64,000 nucleotides of DNA, taken from positions 7,050 through 71,049 of the forward strand of contig JAAXZX010000074.1 in the NCBI GenBank assembly GCA_012719645.1, in the 5' to 3' direction. The stretch comes from Clostridiaceae bacterium (lineage in GTDB: Bacteria > Bacillota > Clostridia > DSM-8532). The notes beneath the pieces were generated by a model that was not told the origin of the DNA, searched no databases, and was given only the letters and a program-made list of their open reading frames with translations. Below are positions 39,875-49,236 of the stretch, in pieces; the stretch's first letter is position 1, and each line of letters begins with the position of its first letter. The position numbers were made by a program, and so were the translations under genes.

Positions 39875-42205
39875 TCAATCCTCATATTTCTGGGTCATAA
39901 AACCCGTGCCCATATACAGGTAGTACGGCTCCTCGGGCAATGGTATTTCCGGCTTGACACCGGATTTGAATGACTTTGTCCACTCGGGCTGCGGAGGCTG
40001 GCTCTTATCCTTAAGCATCTGCTGCCACTCCTCATCGGTAAGCCTTGTTCCGCTCAAGAACTCGTAGTAATCAAAGACCGCACCGCGGGCCAGGTATAAC
40101 TCTCCCTCGATGGGCACCACAACATAGATCTCGGAAGCCAGTCCCACAGCTTCTTCCAGGTACGATCCGGGCACGGTATGCACATCGGCAATAACCGCCA
40201 TGTTCCTGTCGGTTTCGGACGTGATCTCGAACCATCTTACGCCTTCATCAGACATCCAGCTTGTCAGGTCTTCCAGGATTGCCCCGTACTCAAAAAGCCT
40301 GTAATGCTCATCCTCTGTTAACGGCTCATTATTGAGTTCCTTGATGGAGCATGTGGTCAGGAAATCAAGGAGATCCTCAAATACTTCCATCCGCATCCGA
40401 AGGACTTCCGGCAGGATACCCCTCGCCGTCAGGTTCTCTCTTGAATAACGTGTCAGCCACAGCAGTTTCTGGTAGAGTTCCACATTGGGTTCCACATAGC
40501 TTTTTACAAGGGGGAGCAAATCGCCGCCGCCTTCCGCGCCTGTCGGCTTGCCGTATAGTATGGTATCATGCCGAAGCTCGCTCCAGCTTGCCAGCGCTGT
40601 GCTTAATGACTTATCCTCCCAGGCATCGGTGGTCATAAAGGACGGATATCCTTCACCAAAGGGTTTCAGGAGCGCCTTGAGCGTCCAGAGCCAGCCGTAA
40701 TACATGTTGGATCGCCATGTTTCCTCGGGAAGTTCCGAGAACTTCTTTCTCACTTCCTGGAACCTTTCAGGGTACTCGGGCCACTGCTCAGCCACGCCAT
40801 AGTCCCGGACCAGGTAATCATATGCCCTGTCGGATCCCAGCGCCGCCATCACATCAAGGCCTGACGGCATGGGCCTCTGTATTGGTTCAACCAGGGTTTG
40901 CAGTATCTCGGAATCAGGGATGCAGCGCTGTCCCATGAACCGGAACTGTTTGCCCGACGGGGCATTAACCGATATCCATTCCTGACGGATCTTCGGTTCA
41001 GGAAGCTTTTGGGCTTCCTCCAGGAGCTTCTGCGCTTTGTCATTGTCCAGGAAGGAGTTTGGATCAGGATCATCGCCAAACACCTGAACAAGCAGATCCT
41101 TATAATCATAAACCGTCAGGTCGTCGGCACTTCCCACATAGAATACCGTCGGGTCATAGATGTTTTCCCACAGCTCAACATCGGATACCCCGCTGCCACC
41201 CATAAAGAGGGCATAGGTCATCAACAGGGCCCGGCAGGTGGCTTCTTCATCAAGGATAACATCATCTCCCTGTTCCTTAAGAAGCGGGAAGGGCACCAGC
41301 CCGTACCACATCATGACCCTGAAATATTTCTCAAGCTCCTCGCTCCGGGTATAGTGCCCTCTGGGTTTAAACTGGCTGTAATCCAGATCGAACCCGAAAA
41401 GGGGTGATGTTTTGAAACCTGGCGCCTCCAGCATAAGGCCATATTCGGCATTGGCGAAATCAACAGCTTCAGCCGGAACATATTTGGGTATCTCTCCGCC
41501 GAGAGCCAGCCAGGCAGCCGAGAAGCAGGCAATGTTCATCAATGCCTGCTCCCTGACCTCTGAATTCTCAATGTTTTCATACAGCCAGACCGATTTGTCA
41601 AGCATGCTTTGGGTCAGTTTTTCAAGGTCGCCCAGCAGCATTTTCGCTTCAAGGGTTCTTAAGGAATAGTCAAAAAAGACATGGTACACCTGGAGCACCG
41701 AATCGGCTGAAATAAAGCTGGGGATCAAGTAGTACGCATTGAGTTCGTATATATAGAAAAGCTGCTCCCACTGGCTGGAAGTCACAACAAACCCGTTCCT
41801 GGCGAGCATTTCCCGCTGTTCCCCTGTAAACTCGCCGAACTGTTCCAGGTTGGCTATATTGGAGAGGTTAATATCGGTACTGTAAGGACGCACCTGGGGT
41901 TTACATGCCGGAAGTTCAAAAGGCACCGGCAGGTACTTCCTTTCCGGCACGGCAGTAAATATGGGCTTGGTGTAAGGGCCAGGAGCCTCGCCGGGTTCCT
42001 GTTTTCCGCCTGGATCCACCGCGGCAGCAGGGGTTTCGGAAGGAGTTCCGGTGGGTGTTTCCACGGGCGGTGTGTGCACTGAACTATCGGTTTCCCCGGG
42101 CTTTTGGGTTTCGTCCGGACCGGCGCGTCCACCGCAGCCTGTGACCAAGACTGTAAACAGGTAAAGGACGCATATCAACAGGGCTATGCTTCTTTTGGAA
42201 TTCAT
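39875..42205 (-). CDS. DUF3160 domain lipoprotein
   Basis: Lipobox VTGC; Pro/Thr linker; LARNGFVV, DYSQFKPRGHYT, FRFMGQR, WSELRHDTILY and ARGAVFDYYEF motifs. Confidence 0.85.
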   Translation of the reverse strand: MNSKRSIALLICVLYLFTVLVTGCGGRAGPDETQKPGETDSSVHTPPVETPTGTPSETPAAAVDPGGKQEPGEAPGPYTKPIFTAVPERKYLPVPFELPACKPQVRPYSTDINLSNIANLEQFGEFTGEQREMLARNGFVVTSSQWEQLFYIYELNAYYLIPSFISADSVLQVYHVFFDYSLRTLEAKMLLGDLEKLTQSMLDKSVWLYENIENSEVREQALMNIACFSAAWLALGGEIPKYVPAEAVDFANAEYGLMLEAPGFKTSPLFGFDLDYSQFKPRGHYTRSEELEKYFRVMMWYGLVPFPLLKEQGDDVILDEEATCRALLMTYALFMGGSGVSDVELWENIYDPTVFYVGSADDLTVYDYKDLLVQVFGDDPDPNSFLDNDKAQKLLEEAQKLPEPKIRQEWISVNAPSGKQFRFMGQRCIPDSEILQTLVEPIQRPMPSGLDVMAALGSDRAYDYLVRDYGVAEQWPEYPERFQEVRKKFSELPEETWRSNMYYGWLWTLKALLKPFGEGYPSFMTTDAWEDKSLSTALASWSELRHDTILYGKPTGAEGGGDLLPLVKSYVEPNVELYQKLLWLTRYSRENLTARGILPEVLRMRMEVFEDLLDFLTTCSIKELNNEPLTEDEHYRLFEYGAILEDLTSWMSDEGVRWFEITSETDRNMAVIADVHTVPGSYLEEAVGLASEIYVVVPIEGELYLARGAVFDYYEFLSGTRLTDEEWQQMLKDKSQPPQPEWTKSFKSGVKPEIPLPEEPYYLYMGTGFMTQKYED

Positions 42206-42219
42206 GAACCGCAACTCCC

Positions 42220-42900
42220 TTATTCGAGGATCAGGACCCCCTCTTCATAGGAAAGGACAACTCTTTTACGTGTTCCGTCATCAAGGGTTGCCAGGGCAGA
42301 TGGTTTTGCGCCGCTTTCAGAACCAGCCTCAAGTTCCTTTATATCCTGAAAGCCCTGGCCCTGGCAGAGCCCTTCAAATCCAAAACCCTTCCATTTATAG
42401 ATATTCAGGACCTTTCTGCCATCTGCCAGGAACTCGACGGCAACAAGCTCGTCCCTGCCATCGCCATCCAGGTCGGAAAACGCATAATCCTCAAATGGCT
42501 TCGACAGCCTGGTGCCCAGCCAAACCGGATACAGCCCCTTATCGGTGAGCCGGAAAAGAAAAAGCCTCTTGTTCAGCTCAGGATCTGAGCGGGCCCTGGT
42601 ATAGACACCCAGGGACACTTCCCGCTTCCCGTCACCGTCAACATCCGCCGTCTGCACCTTCCAGGGGTTTATGTCCGACAGGTCAAAACGCATGATTTCA
42701 ATACCGCTCTCCGTGATGACAAGATATTTCCCGAATGGGCCATAACCACCCTCAAGTCTTAAGGTCTCCGCCACCCCGTCGTTGTTCAGATCGGCTGTAC
42801 ATCTGCTTACAACGCGTTCGCCGAAAGAGCCGCCCAATAGGAGGCCGGCTGCCGGAATCAGCAGTATCAATAATATAAACCGGCAGGCGTATTTATGCAT
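42220..42900 (-). CDS. Secreted protein with FG-GAP/VCBS-like DxDGDG repeats
   Basis: Signal peptide; ADLNNDG, ADVDGDG and SDLDGDG motifs; 15 nt upstream of the DUF3160 gene. Confidence 0.7.
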   Translation of the reverse strand: MHKYACRFILLILLIPAAGLLLGGSFGERVVSRCTADLNNDGVAETLRLEGGYGPFGKYLVITESGIEIMRFDLSDINPWKVQTADVDGDGKREVSLGVYTRARSDPELNKRLFLFRLTDKGLYPVWLGTRLSKPFEDYAFSDLDGDGRDELVAVEFLADGRKVLNIYKWKGFGFEGLCQGQGFQDIKELEAGSESGAKPSALATLDDGTRKRVVLSYEEGVLILE

Positions 42901-43041
42901 ATTGGCTCCCGTATCGTCATGCAACGATAACCAGTATTATCCGCCCCTAGGATATCACATCCATCCCGGGTGGTCAAAGTTATGATGGAAATAGTATCCA
43001 GAATTGACTGTGAGGTCAGCGGCCTTCATTTTCTGCCTATG

Positions 43042-43704
43042 TCATGCCATCAGCAGCCTGCCCAGATCCTCCACCGTCTTGACAATACAGGTGGGATTCT
43101 CTCTTTGCAGGTCGTCAATTGTACCATACCCGTACAGGACGGCAATGGAATCTATGCCGACCTCCCTTGCGCCCACAATATCGAATCTTGTGTCCCCCAC
43201 CAGAACAACCTCTTCGTGTTGGCTGATGTTAAGGCTGTAAAGGCAGTTTTGAAGAACCTCGGCCTTGGCAGCGCCCGAACCGTCAGGATTGCTGCCCGTT
43301 ATCACCGTGAAGTAATCAGACAGCTTCAGATTATCCATAATTGTTTTAGCTATAAACTCCGTTTTGGATGTGGCCACGGCAAGTGTCTTCCCCAGGGATT
43401 TCAGCCTTTTGAGAAGCCCGGGTATCCCCGGATACACCGTATGCTCATAGATTCCTTTTTCTATATAATACTTGCGGTAAACTTTTATGATCTCTTCGGT
43501 CTTCTCTTCATCAAATCCGCAATGGTTCATGAACGATTGCTTCAGAGGGGGACCTACAAATTTCCTGAGGCTGTTCAGGTCATCGACCCCCATCCCGAAA
43601 GCTGTAAGCGCATGGTTTACCGAATGCACTACCCCGTCCATCGAATCGATGAGCGTCCCGTCAAGATCAAAGAGAATGGTTTGATACTTTTTAGAATTCT
43701 GCAC
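43042..43704 (-). CDS. HAD-superfamily phosphatase (subfamily IA)
   Basis: FDLDGTL, VATSK and VGDTRFDI motifs. Confidence 0.9.
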   Translation of the reverse strand: MQNSKKYQTILFDLDGTLIDSMDGVVHSVNHALTAFGMGVDDLNSLRKFVGPPLKQSFMNHCGFDEEKTEEIIKVYRKYYIEKGIYEHTVYPGIPGLLKRLKSLGKTLAVATSKTEFIAKTIMDNLKLSDYFTVITGSNPDGSGAAKAEVLQNCLYSLNISQHEEVVLVGDTRFDIVGAREVGIDSIAVLYGYGTIDDLQRENPTCIVKTVEDLGRLLMA

Positions 43705-43781
43705 TCTGTTCACTCCTTAAGCAGCATCATGTTATGCCGATGAGCAATGCCGTTTCCTGCACCGCTTTTCCAATTCTCTTC

Positions 43782-45836
43782 CTAAATATATGGAAGTATC
43801 CCTTCGTATTCAACATTCCAGCTCCCGTCCGCGGGGAATCCCGGCGCACGGGTTCCCTGGCCTCCGTCCCAGCCTGCGGCCATCATGCCCGTTGCCAAAA
43901 GCAGCGCGCCGTTCCCCGGAAGGTAGATGGGAAGGTCCTCCCTGCCGGCCTGTGCGTTATGGCCATTAGGAAGGTATGTATTCTTCCCTGCATCCATCAT
44001 GAGAATGTCTATGGCTTTGGATGTCATCCCAAGCCTTGCACAGCACATGGCCATCATGGGGAAGTCCCAGCCCCACATGGAATCCATATCCCAGCATTCA
44101 AGGACCCGTTCCACGGTCCGCTTCATAACCAGGGGGTCAACTCCCTCTCCCGGCAATACACCCAAAGCTCCCACCATGGACGGGTGGTCCTGGTTGAATG
44201 GGGCTTTTCTGAAAGTATCCGGACAGTTTTCATGGGCGAGGTAAACATCTCCCCCTACGGGAAGCCGCGAGAGATTTTCCGCCACCTGGTCGAAGAGTTC
44301 CACAGGCTGTTCCCCGAGACGTTTCAGCCACTGGCTGGCAGTTTTCAGCCCCCACCTGAAATATTCCAGTTCAAAGGCCGGGTTCAGGGTGCCGGTGGGA
44401 TCATGGGTTTCCTGGACCGGAATAAGCGGAGGTCCCAGCACATACCTGCCTTTCTTGCTGTCGTAATGGGCAAAGTCCGCCATAAAGAGGGCGCTTTCAA
44501 CCACCAGGTCCCGGTACTTCATGAGCGTGGCCCCCGATGGACAGGCCCGGTAGCACAGTTCGGCCAGCATAATGGGATGGGGCTGCTGCCAGACAAGCAA
44601 AACCCCTATGGGAGAGGGCGAATCGCGGCCGCTGCTGTCGCACATTTTGGGCCAGCGAACGCCTGAATAGCCCTGGCTCTCAGCCTTCCGCCGCGCAACG
44701 GGCAGGATTTCATGGTACCATTCAAGGCTTTTCTCCAGCATCTGCCGCCTTCCCCATACAGGAAAATGGGCAGCGTGCCAGAAATGCATTTCAAGATGAA
44801 ATTTGCCGTACCAGCTGTTGAAGGTAAGGCCCGTTTCGGCAGGAGGTGTGCTCCCGCTGCACTGTATGGCAGTCAGGTATTGGGAAAGAACAATCCTTCT
44901 CTCCAGTTCGATTGCCCTGGGATCCCGGGAATTGGCCAGTTCTATGGCCCCGCCATCGCTCCAGAACCTTTCCCAGTATTCCGCTGCGCGCTTTTTTATG
45001 GCTCCATGGTCCGGCGGGGCGAAGCTAAGGTCCTCTGATGTGAAGCGGCATGCAAAGGCAATCTGTTCCGCGTTATCCCCGGCTGTTATCACAAACGTAT
45101 GGGGATCTTCCTGCCGCAGTGTACAGTTTTCCTGGAACACAAGATCAGCATAATAAACAGTATCGTCAAGAACACGCCTTATTGTCGCCCGCCCAGCCTG
45201 CCTGCGAATGATTTCACTGCTGTGGCGTTCGGGATGATCCCAGTCGGAGGCGTGCTTTTCCGGGCTTCCATAGGGAAATGATATCCTTACCGATACAACC
45301 CCGTATCCAACCCATGGTGATGATACCAGCGCGCTGACAGCATCCTGGTCGGGGCTTACGCAGGTTTCCACCGTTACCTCTTTGCCGGAAAGGGTAAACC
45401 TTGATCTTAACAGCCCGCTCCACATATCCAGGACCTGTTCCGGGCACTGGATATCCGCAAGCCGTGCCCTCTGCCCCTCCTTCTCCATGTTAAGGCCGAT
45501 GGAGGCCAGGTTAAGCCTGTGTGGGTTCTGGCGCAGGTCGTTAAACAATTTATGTTGTCCCGCCGGATCATAGGCATACCCAACCTTCCGGCCAAAGGTA
45601 TCAAAGCATGTCTGTTTCAGACGGCTCTCGTCAAGGCTTACGGGGAATGAGTGCCATCCCCATTGGGACATGGTGCACAGGGGTACAATCCTGTAATCAT
45701 CCATAAAGGTTTGAAGGCCGGTGATATCGGCAGTAAAGGTAAACTCGCCGTTACCGACAGACAGGGGTGTCCGCGGGTCAGGCTTCCTCAGGACCGGGTT
45801 ATGCCGCAGAACAAGTTCCTTCCTGTCGATTGCCAT
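43782..45836 (-). CDS. Six-hairpin glycosidase, GH95/GH65-like, family unassigned
   Basis: SVGNGEF N-terminus; WYGKFHLEMHFWH, PPLIPVQE, DHPSMVGALGVLPG, WGWDFP and YLPGNG segments align by eye with the GH95 motif order. Confidence 0.65.
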   Translation of the reverse strand: MAIDRKELVLRHNPVLRKPDPRTPLSVGNGEFTFTADITGLQTFMDDYRIVPLCTMSQWGWHSFPVSLDESRLKQTCFDTFGRKVGYAYDPAGQHKLFNDLRQNPHRLNLASIGLNMEKEGQRARLADIQCPEQVLDMWSGLLRSRFTLSGKEVTVETCVSPDQDAVSALVSSPWVGYGVVSVRISFPYGSPEKHASDWDHPERHSSEIIRRQAGRATIRRVLDDTVYYADLVFQENCTLRQEDPHTFVITAGDNAEQIAFACRFTSEDLSFAPPDHGAIKKRAAEYWERFWSDGGAIELANSRDPRAIELERRIVLSQYLTAIQCSGSTPPAETGLTFNSWYGKFHLEMHFWHAAHFPVWGRRQMLEKSLEWYHEILPVARRKAESQGYSGVRWPKMCDSSGRDSPSPIGVLLVWQQPHPIMLAELCYRACPSGATLMKYRDLVVESALFMADFAHYDSKKGRYVLGPPLIPVQETHDPTGTLNPAFELEYFRWGLKTASQWLKRLGEQPVELFDQVAENLSRLPVGGDVYLAHENCPDTFRKAPFNQDHPSMVGALGVLPGEGVDPLVMKRTVERVLECWDMDSMWGWDFPMMAMCCARLGMTSKAIDILMMDAGKNTYLPNGHNAQAGREDLPIYLPGNGALLLATGMMAAGWDGGQGTRAPGFPADGSWNVEYEGILPYI

Positions 45837-45851
45837 GGACTGCTCCTGCCT

Positions 45852-47345
45852 TTAGTATTCGCTCTCTTTCAGGATTACATCATGGGCCCCGCCTTCAATG
45901 AGGCTGGTGGAGGACACGAGGACAAGCCTGGCGTTCTCATGCAGCTCCTTGATGCTTTTGGCGCCGCAACTGGACATGGTTGCCCGCATCTTGCTAAGCG
46001 TAACATCAAGGTTGTCCTTCAGCTTACCGGCATAGGGCACATAACTGTCCACACCCTCTTCAAATTTCAGGTAGGCGTTCCCGCCAAGATCGTAGCGCTG
46101 CCAGTTTCTCGCGCGGTTGGAGCCTTCACCCCAGTATTCCTTAACGTAGCTGTTGCCCCGTTTCACTTTCTTGGTGGGGCTTTCATCAAACCGGGCAAAA
46201 TACCTGCCCATCATGACAAAATCAGCGCCCATGGCCAGGGCAAGGGTTATATGATAGTCGTGCACTATGCCGCCGTCGGAACAGATGGGGATATAAATGT
46301 CGGTTTTTTCATAATACTCATCCCTGGCTTCAACCACATCAATGATGGCGCTTGCCTGCCCGCGTCCAATACCCTTCTGTTCGCGGGTAATACAAATAGA
46401 ACCTCCTCCGATGCCCACCTTAACAAAGTCTGCGCCCGATTCAACCAGGTACATGAAGCCTTCGCGGTCAACCACGTTTCCGCCGCCAACCTTTGCTTCA
46501 GGATATTTCTTCTTGATTGTCTGGATGGTTTCCCTCTGGAACTCGGTATACCCATCCGATGAGTCCACGCAGAGGATGTCCGCTTCGGCCTCCAGCAGGG
46601 CGGGTACCCGTTCGTTATAATCCCTGGTGTTTATGCCCGCGCCGACCATCAACCTCTTCTTGGAGTCCATCAACTGCAACGGGTTCTGTTTATGCTCTTC
46701 ATAGTCCTTTCTGAATACGAGATATTGGAGCCTTTGGTCCTTATCTATGATGGGAAGGGAGTTGAGTTTATGTTCCCAGATGATATCGTTGGCTTCGCTC
46801 AGGGTGATACCCACGTACCCAACTATGAGATCTTCGAATGGAGTCATGAAATCTGCCACTTTTTTGTCCAGGGGGTCACGGCTCAGCCTGTAATCCCTGC
46901 CGGTAACAATTCCCAGAAGCTTTCCGTTGGCTGTTCCGTCGTCAGTTACGGCAATCGTGGAGTGCCCGGTCTTTTCCTTGATAGCCAATACATCCCTCAG
47001 CGTATGGTGCACCGAAACATTGGAGTCACTAACCACGAATCCGGATTTATGCTTTTTAACCCTTCTGACCATTTCGGCCTGGTCCTCAATGGATTGAGAG
47101 GCGTATATAAAGGAAAGTCCGCCGCATTTTGCCAGCGCAATTGCCAGCGTATCATTTGAAACTGCCTGCATGATTGCAGAAACGATCGGGATGTTTAACC
47201 TGATGGATGGTTCCTCGCCTTTTGCGAATTTCGTGATGGGTGTTGCCAGGTCGACATTTTCCGGTAAACAATCCCTGGTAGTCAGATTTGGCAGCAGCAG
47301 AAATTCGCTGAAGGTTCTTGATACATCCGAAAAAATAGTAGCCAT
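45852..47345 (-). CDS. guaB: IMP dehydrogenase with CBS pair
   Basis: [26 protein letters not shown] (catalytic Cys), SDGG and YWGEGS motifs; start ATG 47345 behind GGAGG. Confidence 0.94.
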   Translation of the reverse strand: MATIFSDVSRTFSEFLLLPNLTTRDCLPENVDLATPITKFAKGEEPSIRLNIPIVSAIMQAVSNDTLAIALAKCGGLSFIYASQSIEDQAEMVRRVKKHKSGFVVSDSNVSVHHTLRDVLAIKEKTGHSTIAVTDDGTANGKLLGIVTGRDYRLSRDPLDKKVADFMTPFEDLIVGYVGITLSEANDIIWEHKLNSLPIIDKDQRLQYLVFRKDYEEHKQNPLQLMDSKKRLMVGAGINTRDYNERVPALLEAEADILCVDSSDGYTEFQRETIQTIKKKYPEAKVGGGNVVDREGFMYLVESGADFVKVGIGGGSICITREQKGIGRGQASAIIDVVEARDEYYEKTDIYIPICSDGGIVHDYHITLALAMGADFVMMGRYFARFDESPTKKVKRGNSYVKEYWGEGSNRARNWQRYDLGGNAYLKFEEGVDSYVPYAGKLKDNLDVTLSKMRATMSSCGAKSIKELHENARLVLVSSTSLIEGGAHDVILKESEY

Positions 47346-47394
47346 GATAATCTCCTCCCCCATATAATTATTGTTCGTGCTATAAATTTTAAAT

Positions 47395-47423
47395 ATTTTA
47401 TATGACTTTCCTGCCCGTGTCAA
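47395..47423 (-). promoter_or_regulatory. SigmaA promoter for guaB
   Basis: TTGACA - 17 nt - TAAAAT on the minus strand. Confidence 0.75.
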
Positions 47424-47466
47424 CCACATTTTATTATCCGGTAATCGCCATCGTCAGTAACCTCAT

Positions 47467-47519
47467 TTGAAAAAGTAAATTCCACTCCAAAAAGTACAAA
47501 GCGGAATTTAGTTTTTCAA
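47467..47519. repeat. 17-bp imperfect inverted repeat between the divergent guaB and uxaE promoters
   Basis: ttgaaaaagtaaattcc (47467-47483) vs ggaatttagtttttcaa (47503-47519): 16/17 complementary, with a 19-nt spacer. Confidence 0.7.
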
Positions 47520-47605
47520 TTGACCCGCCATCGCCAGGTAAAAGAATTAATGCGGGGTGCTTTTCGGCGTTGCAGATCCATCATCCCACGTCTCGCTTCC
47601 ATATC

Positions 47606-47656
47606 TTGAAACAGGAAAAAAGTAAGGATATGATTATGATATACTAATATATCATA
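47606..47656 (+). promoter_or_regulatory. SigmaA promoter of uxaE-GH4 with a downstream palindromic operator
   Basis: TTGAAA - 17 nt - TATGAT (47606-47634), immediately followed by TATGATATA-CTAA-TATATCATA (47635-47656). Confidence 0.65.
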
Positions 47657-47657
47657 G

Positions 47658-49205
47658 ATGGAGAAGATTGGCATGGATGGGTGGAAAGCCTTTTGCGGCG
47701 AACATTTGCTGGCAGCTGACATCATGGAGCTTCGTAAGCTGGCCAGGGAAGATTTTCGCAACTTCCGTGTGTATCCCGGATCCATTCACAGGAAGGACGG
47801 CTGCTGCTTTTTCATGACATGGGATTCGGGCAGGAAGGTTCTCGTGGTGTACGGCAACGGGGATATTGCAAAACGCTTTTCCGGCAGCGAAACTATGGCT
47901 GGCGGCGACACGGCAAGGATTTGTCCGCTGACAGACGAAAACTGTGAAACCTTGCGAAAGGAATTCCCTTTTACGGCTCCCATATCCCATAAAGGAAAGA
48001 GGATCACCATCGGCCTTGGCGACAGGCTTGGCCTGGCATCCCCCGCCCATCTGCGGCTTATACAAGACAAGGACATTTTTCCGGTATTGGCCCAGCAGTC
48101 CATCCGTGAACTGAACCTGACCGGGCGCACGTATCATGATGTTCTGAATGCGGCTTCCTGGGCGGTTTTCCAGGAAGGCTACACCCAGGGCTTCGGGGCA
48201 GACGGAGACCATTTAAAGACACCGGAAGAGGTGGACATGGCCCTGGACTGTGGATTTACCATGATTACCCTTGACTGCTCCGACCACATGGACAATAAGG
48301 CCGCAGCCTATGATGACCGGACATTGGATGAAAAATATGCCGCAATATCCCTGCCAGTGCGTGAAGCTCTCGAAGGCAGATACCTCAATACTGAAATACC
48401 GCTTCATGACGGCTCACGGCTCCTGTTTGAAGATAAGGAATTTAAAAGGATTGTCCTGGTTTATCTCAATGCCATCAGCCATGCAGTGAGTATCTGGCAC
48501 AATACCATTATGAAACGTGGAAAGCCGGTCGACTTCGAGTTGTCCATCGATGAAACCCTCATCCCTACCACTCCTGAAGCCCATTATTTCGTGGCAGACC
48601 AACTCATCGGAAAGGGTGTGGAGATAACAAGCCTGGCTCCAAAGTTCTGCGGGGAGTTTCAGAAGGGCATCGATTATATAGGCGATAAAGAGCAGTTTGA
48701 ACGGGAGTTCTCCCGTCACGTTGCCATAGCGGAGCATTTTGGGTATAAGATCAGCATCCACTCAGGAAGCGATAAGTTCAGTATATTCCCCATCATAGGG
48801 GAGAAAACGCATGGCGGATATCACCTGAAAACAGCGGGAACCAACTGGCTGGAAGCCGTAAGAACTATTGCCTGTAAAAATCCTGCCCTATACAGGGAAA
48901 TGCACGCGTTCGCCGTTGAACACCTTAATGAGGCCAGAAAGAACTACCATATAAGCGCTGACCTTGCCAAAGTTCCTGATATAAGCAAAATAAGCGATTC
49001 CGGGCTTCCCGGTCTCATGGACCAGGACGACGCAAGGCAGGTTCTTCACATCACATACGGGCAGATACTTCAGGCCAAAAAAGCTGACGGCGCCTTCAGG
49101 TTCAGGGACCGGATATATGAAACCCTCAACCGGTTTGAGGAAGATTACTGCAAGGCACTGGAAAACCATATTGGCAGGCATTTGTACCGGCTGGGCATTC
49201 AATAA
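47658..49205 (+). CDS. uxaE: Tagaturonate/fructuronate epimerase
   Basis: GLGDRLGLA, AQQSIRE, GADGDH, ELSIDE, EFQKGIDY, SIHSGSDKF and HLKTAGTNWLEA motifs; alternative start at 47673. Confidence 0.92.
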   Translation: MEKIGMDGWKAFCGEHLLAADIMELRKLAREDFRNFRVYPGSIHRKDGCCFFMTWDSGRKVLVVYGNGDIAKRFSGSETMAGGDTARICPLTDENCETLRKEFPFTAPISHKGKRITIGLGDRLGLASPAHLRLIQDKDIFPVLAQQSIRELNLTGRTYHDVLNAASWAVFQEGYTQGFGADGDHLKTPEEVDMALDCGFTMITLDCSDHMDNKAAAYDDRTLDEKYAAISLPVREALEGRYLNTEIPLHDGSRLLFEDKEFKRIVLVYLNAISHAVSIWHNTIMKRGKPVDFELSIDETLIPTTPEAHYFVADQLIGKGVEITSLAPKFCGEFQKGIDYIGDKEQFEREFSRHVAIAEHFGYKISIHSGSDKFSIFPIIGEKTHGGYHLKTAGTNWLEAVRTIACKNPALYREMHAFAVEHLNEARKNYHISADLAKVPDISKISDSGLPGLMDQDDARQVLHITYGQILQAKKADGAFRFRDRIYETLNRFEEDYCKALENHIGRHLYRLGIQ

Positions 49206-49236
49206 CCGAAAATTCATTGTAAAAGGAGTAAAAGCG

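Noticed and set aside
45651-46562. 303-aa plus-strand ORF, and similar long antisense ORFs at 43734-44666, 49435-50373 and 58680-59573
   Set aside because: All are antisense to conserved enzymes and lack independent evidence.
47346-47395. Purine riboswitch upstream of guaB
   Set aside because: The promoter leaves a leader of only about 40 nt and no aptamer consensus is present.
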